Source: Planctomycetota bacterium (GTDB lineage: Bacteria > Planctomycetota > UBA8742 > UBA2392). Taken from it: a stretch of 64,000 nucleotides of DNA. Below the pieces are notes generated by a model that was not told the DNA's origin, did no database searches, and saw only the letters and a list, made by a program, of their open reading frames with translations. The first letter of the stretch is position 1. Every line of letters begins with the position of its first letter. This document shows positions 45,847 through 57,394 of the stretch, piece by piece. The position numbers and the translations under genes are program-made. The DNA is taken from the NCBI GenBank assembly GCA_015075515.1, contig JABTUE010000003.1:700005-764004 (forward strand). Direction: 5' to 3'.

Positions 45847-45869
45847 GGCTGCACCCGGCTTCCTGATTT

Positions 45870-46088
45870 CTAGTTGCGGTAAACAATGCGACCCTTTTCA
45901 AGGTCGTAGGGGCTCAACTCCACAATCACAGTGTCACGAGGAAGGATCTTGATGTAGTTCTTGCGCATCTTGCCCGAGATGGTGCACAACACGATGTGCC
46001 CGTTGTCGGTCAACTGTACGCGGAACATGGCATTGGGCAGTGATTCAACAACCGTGCCCTCAACCCTGATCGCTTCGTCCTTCGACAT
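45870..46088 (-). CDS. infA: translation initiation factor IF-1
   Basis: [52 protein letters not shown]...; GGAGGA RBS. Confidence 0.95.
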   Translation of the reverse strand: MSKDEAIRVEGTVVESLPNAMFRVQLTDNGHIVLCTISGKMRKNYIKILPRDTVIVELSPYDLEKGRIVYRN

Positions 46089-46300
46089 AGTCCTCCAGCG
46101 GCGGGACCATTCCCGCGCCTTGCTGCCGTAACCGTTCCGCGCCGCTTGACTTACGCAAAACCGCCGCGCGCGCAAACTTACCCCGGAACAAGGGCGCGGC
46201 ACGGTAGCACGGGTCTTTGGCCCTTTCAAGCGCCCGGCACAAGTTTTTCGGCCTTTTGGCTTGCCTTGTGCCAAACAGCCGTTCCAGTTACCCCCGCCCG

Positions 46301-47266
46301 TCAGGCCAGACTTTCCACCGTGGCTACTAAACCGCGGTAGATGTCTTCCACGCCGCCACGGGCGTCAAACTCTCGCAACAGGCCACGTTCGCGGTAGTAG
46401 GGCACCAGCGGGCCGGTGCTTGCATCGTAGACGGTAAGCCGCTGGCGAACCTTGTCGGCCGCGTCGTCTTCGCGCTGGTAGGTCTGGCCGCCACAGGCGT
46501 CGCACACGCCCTCAACCCGTGTGGGCGCGTAGACGGCGTGGCTTATGGCGCCGCAGGCCCGACAGGTGCGTCGGCCGCTGATGCGCTCCACAATCACTTC
46601 ACGCGGGGCGTCAAAATACAGAACCGCTGAAACGCGCTCGCCCCGCACAGCCAGCGCCTGGGCCAGCCGGTCGGCCTGGGGCACCGTGCGCGGGAAACCA
46701 TCCAGGATATAACCACCACGGCAGTCCTGGGCGCCGATGCGGTCAATCACCAGCTCAACCACCAGGTCGTCGGGCACAAGCTGGCCGGCGTTCATGAACT
46801 CCTTGGCCTTCAGCCCCAGCGGCGTGTCGCGCTTGAGGTGGTCGCGGAACAAATCGCCGGTGCTGATATGCGGCAGGCCAAGGTGCTGGGCCAGTTTGGC
46901 GGCCTGGGTGCCCTTGCCCACGCCGGGCGGACCCATAAACACCAGCACCAGGCGCCGGTCAGGCCGCGCGGGCTCGACCATCGGCAGCGGCTGGGGCGCG
47001 GGCATGGGCCGGACCGCGGCCTCTACAAACGATGGCTCGGCGCGCAGACTGGTGCGGGGCGCCTTGCGCGCGGATACGGGCGCGGCTTTTGGCGCGGGCA
47101 GTTTGCGGCGCACAGCCTTGCGCGGGGCGACCTTCTTGGCGGGTTTACGTGCGGTCTTTTTCGCCGGCTTTTTCGCCGGTTTCTTGGCAGCCTTCTTGGC
47201 CGGTTTCTTTGCGGTCTTGCGGACGGGCTTTTTCACCGACTTCTTTGCGGGATTCTTGCGGGCCAT
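46301..47266 (-). CDS. adk: adenylate kinase (zinc-lid type) with an in-frame Lys/Ala/Pro-rich N-terminal extension of about 104 aa
   Basis: Core: [15 protein letters not shown], lid CRACG...CDACGG. The extension is [45 protein letters not shown]... with no stop before the core. GAGAGGA RBS lies before 47266. Confidence 0.85.
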   Translation of the reverse strand: MARKNPAKKSVKKPVRKTAKKPAKKAAKKPAKKPAKKTARKPAKKVAPRKAVRRKLPAPKAAPVSARKAPRTSLRAEPSFVEAAVRPMPAPQPLPMVEPARPDRRLVLVFMGPPGVGKGTQAAKLAQHLGLPHISTGDLFRDHLKRDTPLGLKAKEFMNAGQLVPDDLVVELVIDRIGAQDCRGGYILDGFPRTVPQADRLAQALAVRGERVSAVLYFDAPREVIVERISGRRTCRACGAISHAVYAPTRVEGVCDACGGQTYQREDDAADKVRQRLTVYDASTGPLVPYYRERGLLREFDARGGVEDIYRGLVATVESLA

Positions 47267-47332
47267 AGGGTCCTCTCAATGGCAACGGGCGCCCCAGGGG
47301 CGCCCGGCAAAACGTAAGCTTGCGGGCGCCAA

Positions 47333-48751
<1,419 letters not shown>

Positions 48752-48835
48752 CTTCGCCTCTTTCAAGGCCGCGTGCTGCGCAAGGCGGCCCTTTTATCCA
48801 CTGGATGCCGCCGCGTAAACGGCGGGAATTACGCC

Positions 48836-49315
48836 CTACTTGCCCTTGGCGGGTTTACCACCCTGGGCCTCAATCACCACGCACTTGCCGCCGGCCTTTT
48901 CAATTTTTTCGCGGGCGGTAGCGCTGAAGCGGTGCGCGTGAACGGTGAGCTTGCGGGTGACATCGCCGTCGCCCAGAACCTTCACGCCGTCGGCGATCTT
49001 GTTGATCATGCCGGCCTTGAGGAACTCCTGGGGCCCGACGGTGGCGCCGGCCTCGAACTCGTTGAGGCTGCGGACGTTCAGCACCACGATGTTGGTGCGG
49101 AAAATCTTGTTGTTGAAGCCGACTTTGGGCAGGCGGCGCACCAGCGGCATCTGGCCGCCCTCGAAATAGTAGCGGTGGGTAAAGCCGGTGCGGGCGGACG
49201 CGCCCTTGCCGCCGCGGCCGGCGGTTTTGCCCTTGCCCGTGCCCGGCCCGCGGCCCTTGCGGACCATCGGGCGCTTGCGCGTGCGCGGCTTGCCCTTGAG
49301 TTGAGTCAGGTTCAT
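48836..49315 (-). CDS. rplO: 50S ribosomal protein L15
   Basis: MNLTQLKGKPRTRKRPMVRKGRGPGTGKGKTAGRGGKG...FEGGQMPL. Confidence 0.93.
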   Translation of the reverse strand: MNLTQLKGKPRTRKRPMVRKGRGPGTGKGKTAGRGGKGASARTGFTHRYYFEGGQMPLVRRLPKVGFNNKIFRTNIVVLNVRSLNEFEAGATVGPQEFLKAGMINKIADGVKVLGDGDVTRKLTVHAHRFSATAREKIEKAGGKCVVIEAQGGKPAKGK

Positions 49316-49382
49316 CGTTCGCTCCCTCGGGCATGGCCCGGGTCCCTCGGCATTGCCTTGGTTGCGCCGCAATGTGGCGCTG

Positions 49383-50093
49383 CTATCTGGTTTCTCCGGC
49401 GTCGGCGGCCCCGGTTTCACCGGCATCGGCGGTCTCGGGCCCGTCGTTTGCGCCACCCTCTTCTTCACCGCGACCGCGACGACCGCGACCACCGCGGCCG
49501 CCACGTTCAGGCTTGCCGCCGCGGCGGGCGTCCTTCTGCTTGCGGGCGCGCTCTTCCTTGTCCAGGCCCGTGGGTTCAAGCTTGGGCCGGTCACGGTCCG
49601 CCAGAACCGGCAGACCGCGCAGGGTGAAGATTTCTTCCTTGCTGCGCAACTGTTCCAGCCCGTTGAGCGTGGCCTTGACCAGATTGACCGGGTTACGGCT
49701 GCCCATGGCCTTGGTCAGGATGTTGCGGATGCCCAGCTCTTCCACCACGGCACGCACGGTGGCACCGGCCTTGATGCCGGTACCAGGCGCGGCGGGGCGC
49801 AAAATCACGCGCGAGCTGCGGTACTTGCCGATCACCAGGTGCGGGATGGTGTCGCCCCGCAGCGGGTAACGGTACAGGTTCTTCTTGGCATCGCGGGCGG
49901 CCTTTTCAATGCTGTTGGGAACCTCGCGCGCCTTGCCCTGGCCCAGACCGATGGTGCCGCGACGATCGCCGACAATCACCACGGCCGAAAAGCCGAAGCG
50001 CCGGCCGCCCTTGACCACGGCCGCCGTGCGGTTGACGCGCACCACTCTCTCTTCCCCGAGTTCAAGATCCCGGGCCGACATGCGAATTGCCAT
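49383..50093 (-). CDS. rpsE: 30S ribosomal protein S5 with an RGG/acidic C-terminal tail
   Basis: VVRVNRTAAVVKGGRRFGFSAVVIVGD... The tail is RRGGKPERGGRGGRGRRGRGEEEGG... Confidence 0.95.
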   Translation of the reverse strand: MAIRMSARDLELGEERVVRVNRTAAVVKGGRRFGFSAVVIVGDRRGTIGLGQGKAREVPNSIEKAARDAKKNLYRYPLRGDTIPHLVIGKYRSSRVILRPAAPGTGIKAGATVRAVVEELGIRNILTKAMGSRNPVNLVKATLNGLEQLRSKEEIFTLRGLPVLADRDRPKLEPTGLDKEERARKQKDARRGGKPERGGRGGRGRRGRGEEEGGANDGPETADAGETGAADAGETR

Positions 50094-50129
50094 TGCTTCC
50101 TCTTTCTGGCCGGTTTGCGGCCGGTGTTT

Positions 50130-50492
50130 CTAGAATTCGAGCCCCGCTTCACGCGCCGCATCAGCCAGCGCCTTGATGCGTCCGTGGTACTTGTAAGGCC
50201 CGCGGTCAAAGGCCACCTGCTTGATGCCCTTGGCCAGCGCCAGTTCGGCGATCTTCTTGCCGATGGCGCGGGCACCGGCAATGTTGCCGCCGGTCTTGAC
50301 CTCGGCTTTTTTGCCGTGGGTGGTGGCAGCAGCCAGAGTGCGGTGCGCGTTGTCGTCAATGATCTGGGCCGCAATGTGCCGGGCGCTGCGGAACACCGAC
50401 AGGCGCGGGCGCGTGCCCGCCGCCCGCTGGCGGTTGCGCGTGCGGTAGGCGCGGCGCTGTTTCTGGACTGACTTGTGCTTGTTCTTTTCCAT
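50130..50492 (-). CDS. rplR: 50S ribosomal protein L18
   Basis: [20 protein letters not shown]...[26 protein letters not shown]. Confidence 0.95.
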   Translation of the reverse strand: MEKNKHKSVQKQRRAYRTRNRQRAAGTRPRLSVFRSARHIAAQIIDDNAHRTLAAATTHGKKAEVKTGGNIAGARAIGKKIAELALAKGIKQVAFDRGPYKYHGRIKALADAAREAGLEF

Positions 50493-50531
50493 GTGTGTGC
50501 TTCCGTTACTGCCTGGGTGTTCCGGCCGGGT

Positions 50532-51080
50532 TTACTTGCCGCCGCCGACAAAGCTCTTGCCGGCCTTGCGGATAATGCGTTCGCCCTCATAGCGCACGCC
50601 TTTGCCCTTGTAGGGCTCGGGCTTGCGGCTGGCGCGTATCTGGCTGGCAAACTGGCCCACGGCCTGCTTGCTGATGCCCGAAACCTCGATGCGCTGGGGG
50701 TTGGGCAGCACGCACTTGACACCATCGGGGATGGTCAGGTCCACGGTGTGGCAATACCCGACCTGCAGCACAAGCTGCTTGCCCTGAACCTTGCCCTGCC
50801 AGCCCACACCCACGATGTCGAGGTTGCGCTGGTAGCCCTGGGTGACGCCGCGGATCATGTTGGCCAGGTTGGCACGCGTGGTGCCGTGAAGAGCCCGGGC
50901 GAACTTGCTGTCGTTGGCACGGTCAACGCGGATCGTGTTGCCCTCGACGCGCACGGTGATTTCGGCGCGCAGATCCAGCGTGAGCTTGCCCTTGGGACCT
51001 TCCACGGTGACGGTCTTGCCGCTGACGCTGGCCTTGACGCCGCCGGGGATGGTGAGAGGTTGCTTGCCGATTCGTGACAT
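50532..51080 (-). CDS. rplF: 50S ribosomal protein L6
   Basis: MSRIGKQPLTIPGGVKASVSGKTVTVEGPKG...PEPYKGKGVRYEGE. Confidence 0.95.
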   Translation of the reverse strand: MSRIGKQPLTIPGGVKASVSGKTVTVEGPKGKLTLDLRAEITVRVEGNTIRVDRANDSKFARALHGTTRANLANMIRGVTQGYQRNLDIVGVGWQGKVQGKQLVLQVGYCHTVDLTIPDGVKCVLPNPQRIEVSGISKQAVGQFASQIRASRKPEPYKGKGVRYEGERIIRKAGKSFVGGGK

Positions 51081-51112
51081 GGCTGTTTCCTTAGCAGCAG
51101 TTGCGGCGGCGA

Positions 51113-51511
51113 CTAGCCGACCTTGCAGATCAGTTCTCCGCCGACGCTCTGTTTGCGGCACTCGCGGTCTGAAAGGACGCCCTTGCTGGTGGACAGCACG
51201 CAGATGCCCATTCCGCCACGCACACGCGGGATATCCTTGATGTTGGTGTAGATGCGGCGGCCGGGGCGGCTGACACGATCCAGCCGTGTGATCACGCGTT
51301 CGCCGTCGGGGCCGTAGCGCAAGGCGATCAACAACTGACGCGCCGGGCCCTCGCCCTCAACCTTGACAGCGTTGATGTAGCCTTCACGCCGCAGAACGTT
51401 CGCGACCTCGAGTTTGAGCTTGGAATAGGGAATGCTCACCTCGGGCGCGCCGTTGTGGTTGGCGTTGCGAATGCGTGTCAGCATGTCCGCGATAGGGTCG
51501 GTCAAAGACAT
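51113..51511 (-). CDS. rpsH: 30S ribosomal protein S8
   Basis: MSLTDPIADMLTRIRNA...GGELICKVG. Confidence 0.95.
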   Translation of the reverse strand: MSLTDPIADMLTRIRNANHNGAPEVSIPYSKLKLEVANVLRREGYINAVKVEGEGPARQLLIALRYGPDGERVITRLDRVSRPGRRIYTNIKDIPRVRGGMGICVLSTSKGVLSDRECRKQSVGGELICKVG

Positions 51512-51565
51512 CTGTCTTTACTCCGTTCGTTTACTCAAAAGCGTTGCACGTCGTGCGCGGCGCGC

Positions 51566-51751
51566 CTACCAGCTTGCCTTCTTCATGCCCGGGATCTCGC
51601 CGCGGCTGGCCATTTCGCGCAGGCAGCAACGGCAGATCTTGAGCTTGCGGTACACCGCGCGGGGCCGCCCGCACACCTGGCAACGGTTGCGGTGCCGCGT
51701 GGCAAACTTTGGCGTTTTCTGCGACTTGACGACCAGACAGGTTCTGCTCAC
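51566..51751 (-). CDS. rpsN: 30S ribosomal protein S14, short zinc-binding (type Z) form
   Basis: 61 aa, [20 protein letters not shown]. Confidence 0.93.
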   Translation of the reverse strand: MSRTCLVVKSQKTPKFATRHRNRCQVCGRPRAVYRKLKICRCCLREMASRGEIPGMKKASW

Positions 51752-51792
51752 TGGATTCTCCTGCTACTTTGCCGGCCTTGCGGGCCCTTGCC

Positions 51793-52404
51793 CTAGCTTG
51801 CCTGCTTCTGTTTCTGGGGCAGGCGCTTGAGCGGCACGCCCAGACCCATCAGCAGTTCGCGCGACCACTCGTCGTTGCCGCCGCTGATGGAAAACGCGAT
51901 GTCCATGCCCTGCACTTCTTTGATCTTGTCCAGTTCGATGTCCGGAAAGATCGTCTGTTCGGCCAGACCCATGTTGTAGTTGCCGCGCCCGTCAAAGCTG
52001 CGCGGGTTCAGGCCCTGAAAGTCGCGGATGCGCGGCACTGCGATGCTGATCAGCTTTTCCAGAAACAGCCACATACGATCGCCGCGCAGTGTCACCTTGG
52101 CACCCACGGGGTCGTTCTCGCGCAGCTTCCAGGTCGCCACGGCGGCCTTGGCCTTGCGGATGATCGCCTTCTGGCCGGCGATTTCCGTCAGGTCCTTGGT
52201 CAGGGCTTCGGCCAGGCTCTTGTTCTTGCTGGCCTGCCCGAAACCCATGTTCAGGGTGATTTTCTGAAGGCGCGGCACCTGCATGATGTTTTCAATGCCG
52301 AACTTCTGGCGCAGCGCGGGCACCACTTCCTTGTGGTACTTTTCGCGCAGACGCGGCGTCACCTTGACGGCGGGCGCGGGGGTAGATTTTTCTTTCTTGG
52401 CCAT
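51793..52404 (-). CDS. rplE: 50S ribosomal protein L5
   Basis: PRLREKYHKEVVPALRQKFG..., DGRGNYNMGLAEQTIFPEI-like motif. Confidence 0.95.
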   Translation of the reverse strand: MAKKEKSTPAPAVKVTPRLREKYHKEVVPALRQKFGIENIMQVPRLQKITLNMGFGQASKNKSLAEALTKDLTEIAGQKAIIRKAKAAVATWKLRENDPVGAKVTLRGDRMWLFLEKLISIAVPRIRDFQGLNPRSFDGRGNYNMGLAEQTIFPDIELDKIKEVQGMDIAFSISGGNDEWSRELLMGLGVPLKRLPQKQKQAS

Positions 52405-52446
52405 GACTTGCGTTCCTTGAGGCCCCGGGGGCCGGTACCGCGTTTT

Positions 52447-52782
52447 CTATTCGTTCACCGCGGTGTTGGTGCTTTTGAAATAGCGTTCCTTGCGGCCGTT
52501 AACGACCCGATAATGAACACGCTCGGGTTTGCCGGTCTTGCGGTTGAACAGCATGACGTTTTCAACCGGCAGAAAGGCCTCGCGCTGGACACGGCCGCCC
52601 TGCTGGTTCTGTTCGGTCTTGCGCAGATGCTTCCACACCATGTTCTTGCCGCCGACGATCACGCGGCGCTTGCGTGTGTCCACGCGCAGCACTTCGCCGC
52701 TGGGCTTTTTGGCCTCTTCAGCCGTCTGGGGACGGTCCTTGCCCTTGATGATCTGGACCACGTCGCCGATCCGGATGTGCAT
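52447..52782 (-). CDS. rplX: 50S ribosomal protein L24
   Basis: MHIRIGDVVQIIKGKDRP... KOW motif. Confidence 0.93.
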   Translation of the reverse strand: MHIRIGDVVQIIKGKDRPQTAEEAKKPSGEVLRVDTRKRRVIVGGKNMVWKHLRKTEQNQQGGRVQREAFLPVENVMLFNRKTGKPERVHYRVVNGRKERYFKSTNTAVNE

Positions 52783-52796
52783 TGAACTCTCCTGCC

Positions 52797-53189
52797 TTAG
52801 ACCACTTCCGTGGCCAGCGAAACGATTTTCATGAACTTCTTGGCGCGCAGCTCACGGGCCACAGCCCCGAAGATGCGCGTGCCGACCGGGTTGCCTTCCT
52901 TGTCCACGATCACGGCAGCATTGCGGTCAAACCGGATGTAGCTGCCGTCTTCGCGGCGCACGGCGGCGCGGGTGCGCACAATCACGCAGCGCACAATGCG
53001 CTTCTTCTTGTCTTTCTTGGTGACCTTTTTGAACAGGTCGCAGGTCGGGGTCGCCGATTTGATCACCGCGATCACGACATCGCCCACGGTGCCGTACCGC
53101 CGGCCGGAGTTGCCGAGAACCTTGATCGTCTCGACCTCCTTGGCGCCGGTGTTGTCGGCGACATCCATTCTTGTCTGTTCCTGAATCAT
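52797..53189 (-). CDS. rplN: 50S ribosomal protein L14 (with a small Lys-rich insertion)
   Basis: [19 protein letters not shown]...[14 protein letters not shown]...[12 protein letters not shown]. Confidence 0.95.
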   Translation of the reverse strand: MIQEQTRMDVADNTGAKEVETIKVLGNSGRRYGTVGDVVIAVIKSATPTCDLFKKVTKKDKKKRIVRCVIVRTRAAVRREDGSYIRFDRNAAVIVDKEGNPVGTRIFGAVARELRAKKFMKIVSLATEVV

Positions 53190-53233
53190 GATCGTTCCTT
53201 ACCGTGGCCGTTTCGCGGCCGAACCTGCCATCT

Positions 53234-53587
53234 TCAGCTTGTCTTGGGCGTGCCGGCCGCGCCGGGTTTGCCCGCGTCACCCACATCGTGCAACAGGCCT
53301 TCGTGGGCCTTGCGCACAACGCGCACCAGGCGCCAGTTCTTGGTCTTGGACAGCGGGCGGGTTGCCATGATTTCGACCAGGTCGCCCACCTTGGCCTCGT
53401 TGTTTTCGTCGTGCGCGTGCAGTTTGGTGTTGCGCTTGACGAACTTGCCGTACCGGGCGTGACGCACCGGGCGCTGCCACAGCACGGTGATCGTCTTCTG
53501 CATCTTGTTGCTGACGACGGTGCCGATGCGGCGGCGGCGCTGGTTGCGCTCGGCCTGCGACTTGGACTGTTCCTGTGCGTTGCTCAT
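53234..53587 (-). CDS. rpsQ: 30S ribosomal protein S17 (117 aa, extended at both ends)
   Basis: [64 protein letters not shown]. Confidence 0.93.
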   Translation of the reverse strand: MSNAQEQSKSQAERNQRRRRIGTVVSNKMQKTITVLWQRPVRHARYGKFVKRNTKLHAHDENNEAKVGDLVEIMATRPLSKTKNWRLVRVVRKAHEGLLHDVGDAGKPGAAGTPKTS

Positions 53588-53611
53588 GTCTGCTCCGGTG
53601 CCGCGTTGGCA

Positions 53612-54148
53612 CTACTTGTCGGTCTTCTTCTTTGCCTTGGGCTTGTCTTCACCCTTGTCCGCCTTCTTGGCGGGCTTCTTTTCAGCCTTGGGCTCGGCCT
53701 TCTTTGCGGGCTTTTCCGCAACCTTCTCTGCCGCCTTGTCCTCAGCCTTCTTTTCGACCCTGGCCGGGGCAGGTTTTTCAACCGTCTTGGGGACGGGCGC
53801 GGGACGCTCGCCGGACAGTTCCGCCACGGCGCGGCGGGCCTCGTCCAAGCGGCCGGCCACCAGGGCGCGACGGCGCTTGTCCTCGACTGTGCCCTCATGC
53901 GGGCGGCCCATACCGGCCAGCAGCAGCTCCAGGCGCTTGACCTCTTCCTGGCGACGCGCCAAGGCTGCGCGCGCGTGCAGAACGGTATGGATGCGCGCGA
54001 CTTCGCGGCGGCGCTGGCGAATCTGGGCGCCGCGCGCCGGCGTCATGGCCTCGGTGCTGAAGCGAGCCTGGAAATTCTCGCCGTTCAGCTCGTTCAGCCG
54101 GCTGCGCAGATCTTTGTCAGGCTGGCCCTTGAGTTTGTCGTTGCTCAT
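53612..54148 (-). CDS. rpmC: 50S ribosomal protein L29 with a C-terminal extension of about 110 aa
   Basis: The L29 core is LKGQPDKDLRSRLNELNGENFQARFSTEAMTPARGAQIRQRRREVARIHTVL. A coiled segment and a (K/A/E/P)-rich tail (...EKKAEDKAAEKVAEKPAKKAEPKAEKKPAKKADKGEDKPKAKKKTDK) follow. GGGAAGGA lies 9 nt before the ATG at 54148. Confidence 0.85.
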   Translation of the reverse strand: MSNDKLKGQPDKDLRSRLNELNGENFQARFSTEAMTPARGAQIRQRRREVARIHTVLHARAALARRQEEVKRLELLLAGMGRPHEGTVEDKRRRALVAGRLDEARRAVAELSGERPAPVPKTVEKPAPARVEKKAEDKAAEKVAEKPAKKAEPKAEKKPAKKADKGEDKPKAKKKTDK

Positions 54149-54203
54149 TGCGTCCATTCCTTCCCGCGTGCTTCCACTCGTCCGTAGCGCGACAGCGCGG
54201 CGA

Positions 54204-54626
54204 TTAACCCACGTCGTGCTTGCGTTCGATCATCCGGCACCGCACCGGCATTTTGTGCGCGGCCTTGGCCAACGCCTCGCGGCACACGTCAATGCCCAGG
54301 CCGCCGACTTCAAACAGCACAAAGCCGGGCTTGACCACGGCGCACCAGAACTCGGGTTCGCCCTTACCGCCGCCCTGGCGGGTTTCCAGCGGCTTGGCCG
54401 AAACCGGCTTGTGCGGGAACACGCGGATCCAGTACTTGCCGCCGCGGCCCATTGCACGTGAAAGGGCTACACGGGCAGCCTCGATCTGGCGGCCGGTAAT
54501 CCAGCCGGGTTCCAGCGCCTGAAGGCCCGCATCACCAAAGGCGACATAGTTGCCGCGCGTGGCGTTGCCCTTGACCTTGCCGCGCATGACTTTGCGGTAC
54601 TTTGTTCTTGTAGGCAGCAGTGCCAT
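54204..54626 (-). CDS. rplP: 50S ribosomal protein L16
   Basis: MALLPTRTKYRKVMRGKVKGNATRGN... Confidence 0.95.
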   Translation of the reverse strand: MALLPTRTKYRKVMRGKVKGNATRGNYVAFGDAGLQALEPGWITGRQIEAARVALSRAMGRGGKYWIRVFPHKPVSAKPLETRQGGGKGEPEFWCAVVKPGFVLFEVGGLGIDVCREALAKAAHKMPVRCRMIERKHDVG

Positions 54627-54646
54627 GACTCAACTCCGGTGTCCTG

Positions 54647-55315
54647 TTACTCCGCGGCCAGTCCGTACTTGGCCTCTTCGGTCTGCTTCATGAGGCCGCG
54701 GTTGATCCAGACCTTGATGCCAAGCACACCATAGGTGGTGAAGGCCTGGCCAAAGCCGTAATCAATGTCCGCGTCAAGCGTGCTGAGGGGCACCGAGCCC
54801 CAAACCTGCTTTTCCTGGCGCGACAGTTCGGCGCCACCCAGACGGCCGGAAACCTGAATCTTCACGCCTTCGGCGCCGGCGCCGCGGATCAGTTCAATTT
54901 CGCGCTTGACGGCGCGACGGAACGAGCCGCGACGTTCGAGCTGTTCGGCAATGCGCTCGGCGGCCAGTTGCGCGTCCAGTTCGGGCTTCTGAACTTCCAT
55001 GACGCGGATGTCCACCTGTTTGCCGTTGGTCAGCAGCGAAAGTTCCTTTTCGAGATCCGACAGACGGTTGGTCTTCTTGCTGATCAGCATGCCGGGCTTG
55101 GCGGTGAACACGAAAACTGTGATCTTGTCGCCTTCCTTGCGCTCGATCTCCACGCGCGGGATGCTGGCGTACTTGTACTCCTTCATCACGTGCTTGCGGA
55201 TCTTGGCGTCTTCCACAAGGAAGGTGCCGAAGCTCTTCTTGTTAGCAAACCAGCGCGAACGCCACGGCTTGGTGACGCCGACCCGATAGCTGTATGGCCG
55301 AATCTTCTGGCCCAT
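54647..55315 (-). CDS. rpsC: 30S ribosomal protein S3
   Basis: MGQKIRPYSYRVGVTKPWRSRWFA... KH domain. Confidence 0.95.
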   Translation of the reverse strand: MGQKIRPYSYRVGVTKPWRSRWFANKKSFGTFLVEDAKIRKHVMKEYKYASIPRVEIERKEGDKITVFVFTAKPGMLISKKTNRLSDLEKELSLLTNGKQVDIRVMEVQKPELDAQLAAERIAEQLERRGSFRRAVKREIELIRGAGAEGVKIQVSGRLGGAELSRQEKQVWGSVPLSTLDADIDYGFGQAFTTYGVLGIKVWINRGLMKQTEEAKYGLAAE

Positions 55316-55331
55316 GAGTATCTCCGTGTGC

Positions 55332-55838
55332 CTACTTTTCCGCCTTGGCGGGCTTGGCCGCCTTGCCCTTTTCACCCGACTTGCCGGCGCGTTTGGCCAG
55401 GCGCTGGTCCTTGCTCAAACGCTTGCGCGGACGCGCAAACGCCGGACGGCCCTGCTTCTGTTCCGCGACATGCCCGGCCTCAGCCACACGCACCGTCATG
55501 TGGCAGGTGTGGCGCGTGAACGGGTGGGCCATGCCGCGCGAACGCGGGCGCCAGCGCTTCATGCGCGGGCCTTCGTCCACAAACGCATCAGCAATCACCA
55601 GTGTTTCCGTATCCACATCCACGCCGCTGCGGTTGGCGTAGTCTTCGGCGTTGGCCACGGCGCTCTGGATCAGCTTGCTGATTTCGGGCGCGGCGCGCTT
55701 GTTCACAAAACGCAGCAGTGTCATCGCCTCCTGCGCGTTGCGGCCGCGCACGATGTCCATGACCAGCCGGGCCTTGCGCGCGCTCATGCGCACATTGCGG
55801 GCGATCGCCTGAAACTGCTTTTTCGGTTCTTCTGCCAT
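55332..55838 (-). CDS. rplV: 50S ribosomal protein L22 with a basic C-terminal tail
   Basis: AIARNVRMSARKARLVMDIVRGRNAQEA... The tail is ...KRAGKSGEKGKAAKPAKAEK. Confidence 0.93.
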   Translation of the reverse strand: MAEEPKKQFQAIARNVRMSARKARLVMDIVRGRNAQEAMTLLRFVNKRAAPEISKLIQSAVANAEDYANRSGVDVDTETLVIADAFVDEGPRMKRWRPRSRGMAHPFTRHTCHMTVRVAEAGHVAEQKQGRPAFARPRKRLSKDQRLAKRAGKSGEKGKAAKPAKAEK

Positions 55839-55898
55839 TGCTGCTTTCTCCGCTTTCGGGCCCCTGGCCCGTCTGCTGCCCTGCTTTCTTGTCTTTCC

Positions 55899-56168
55899 CT
55901 AGGCCTTGCGGTGGCCGGTGTGGCCCTTGTAGGTGCGCGTGGGGGCAAACTCGCCAAGCTTGTGCCCCACCATGTCCTCGGTCACGAACACCTTCATGTG
56001 CTGCTTGCCGTTGTGAACCAGAAACGTCAGGTTCACGAACTCGGGGATGATGGTGCTGGCGCGCGACCAGGTCTTGATGGACTCGCGCGAGTTCTCATCC
56101 TTGGCCTTCATCACCTTCTTCATCAGCTTCGGGTCCACAAAGGGGCCCTTCTTGAGGCTGCGGGTCAT
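55899..56168 (-). CDS. rpsS: 30S ribosomal protein S19
   Basis: [19 protein letters not shown]...[10 protein letters not shown]. Confidence 0.95.
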   Translation of the reverse strand: MTRSLKKGPFVDPKLMKKVMKAKDENSRESIKTWSRASTIIPEFVNLTFLVHNGKQHMKVFVTEDMVGHKLGEFAPTRTYKGHTGHRKA

Positions 56169-56207
56169 AAGTCTTCCTCTGTCTTCCGGCGTTATGCCGG
56201 CTTTTTG

Positions 56208-57053
56208 CTAGGCCTTGGGCGTCGTTCCACGGCGAGTGCGGATCACGTACACGTCGTTGCGGTTGCGCTGCTTGCGCGTGCGGGTGCCCTTGGCCGAGTT
56301 GCCGTGCCGGTCCACCGGCGGGCGCCCGCCACCAGTGCGGTCGTTGCCGCCGCCGTGCGGGTGATCCACAGGGTTCATGCTGGTGCCGCGGTTGTGAGGC
56401 CGGCGGCCCAGCCAGCGCATGCGGCCAGCCTTGCCGTATTCGGCGTTCATGTGGTCAAGGTTGCTGACCTGGCCGATGGTGGCGCGGCAGTCACCGGGCA
56501 CGCGGCGGATTTCGCCGCTGGGCAACTGCACGTTGACCCACTTGCCGTCGGGACCAGCCACCACGCACTGGGCACCGGCGCCGCGGGCGATCTGGCCGCC
56601 ACGGCCGGGCTTGAGCTCGACGTTATGAACCGTCAGACCCTGCGGAATCAAGCGCAGCGGCAGACAGTTGCCGGGGCGGGGCTCGGCCTTGTCACCGGAC
56701 ATCACAGTCTGGCCGACCTCGAGGCCGTGGGGCGCCAGAATATAGTCCTTGGCGCCGTTGGCGTACCAGATCTGGGCAATAAAACAGGAACGGTTGGGGT
56801 CGTATTCAATGGAGTGCACACGCGCCGGAATGTTGTCGTGGGCGTTGCGGCGGAAGTCCACCTCGCGGTAACGACGCTTGTGGCCGCCGCCGCGATAGGC
56901 GCTGGTGGTGCGGCCGCGGTTGTTGCGGCCACCGGTGCTTTTCTTGCCGCGCGTGCGCGTCTTGAGCGGACGGGTGTCGCTCAGGCCGCTGTAGTCCACC
57001 AGGCGCGTATGGCGCATGGAGGGTGTGGTCGGGCGGAAACTCTTGATCGGCAT
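56208..57053 (-). CDS. rplB: 50S ribosomal protein L2
   Basis: MPIKSFRPTTPSMRH...GGGHKRRYR...NPVDHPHGGG. Confidence 0.97.
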   Translation of the reverse strand: MPIKSFRPTTPSMRHTRLVDYSGLSDTRPLKTRTRGKKSTGGRNNRGRTTSAYRGGGHKRRYREVDFRRNAHDNIPARVHSIEYDPNRSCFIAQIWYANGAKDYILAPHGLEVGQTVMSGDKAEPRPGNCLPLRLIPQGLTVHNVELKPGRGGQIARGAGAQCVVAGPDGKWVNVQLPSGEIRRVPGDCRATIGQVSNLDHMNAEYGKAGRMRWLGRRPHNRGTSMNPVDHPHGGGNDRTGGGRPPVDRHGNSAKGTRTRKQRNRNDVYVIRTRRGTTPKA

Positions 57054-57103
57054 GGCTTCTTACCTTTCCCGGCTTGTCGCCCCGGGTGGGCATAGGCAGT
57101 TGC

Positions 57104-57394
57104 TTACTTGATCTCGATGGACTGGCCTTCTTCCAGCGTGATCAGGGCCTTCTTCCAGTTCGGCTCGCTGAAGAACCCGAAACGGTTGCGGCGGTTCTTG
57201 CGGCCGCGCACGGTCACGGTGCGCACCTTTTTGACCTTGACGTTGAAGATGTCGCGAATGGCCTGGGCGATCTGCAGCTTGTTGGCATTGACGTCAACCT
57301 CGAAGGTGTAAACGCCGTCAGGCATGAGCGCGCTGCTCTTTTCGGTCAGCAGCGGGCGCTTGATGATCGCGTATTGGGCTGCGGTGGCGGGCAT
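57104..57394 (-). CDS. rplW: 50S ribosomal protein L23
   Basis: IIKRPLLTEKS...FEVDVNANKLQIAQAIRDIFNVKV. Confidence 0.93.
   Translation of the reverse strand: MPATAAQYAIIKRPLLTEKSSALMPDGVYTFEVDVNANKLQIAQAIRDIFNVKVKKVRTVTVRGRKNRRNRFGFFSEPNWKKALITLEEGQSIEIK

Noticed and set aside
46258-46274. A sigma54-like TGGCACaaggcAAGC on the minus strand upstream of infA.
   Set aside because: The -12 element lacks TTGC, there is no nearby activator site, and sigma54 control of infA is implausible. It is probably a chance match.
46955-47266. The Lys-codon-rich repeat upstream of adk, considered as a separate histone-like gene or a non-coding repeat.
   Set aside because: No stop codon separates it from the adk core, and it has its own RBS and ATG. 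It is therefore reported as an in-frame extension, with the internal-start caveat.
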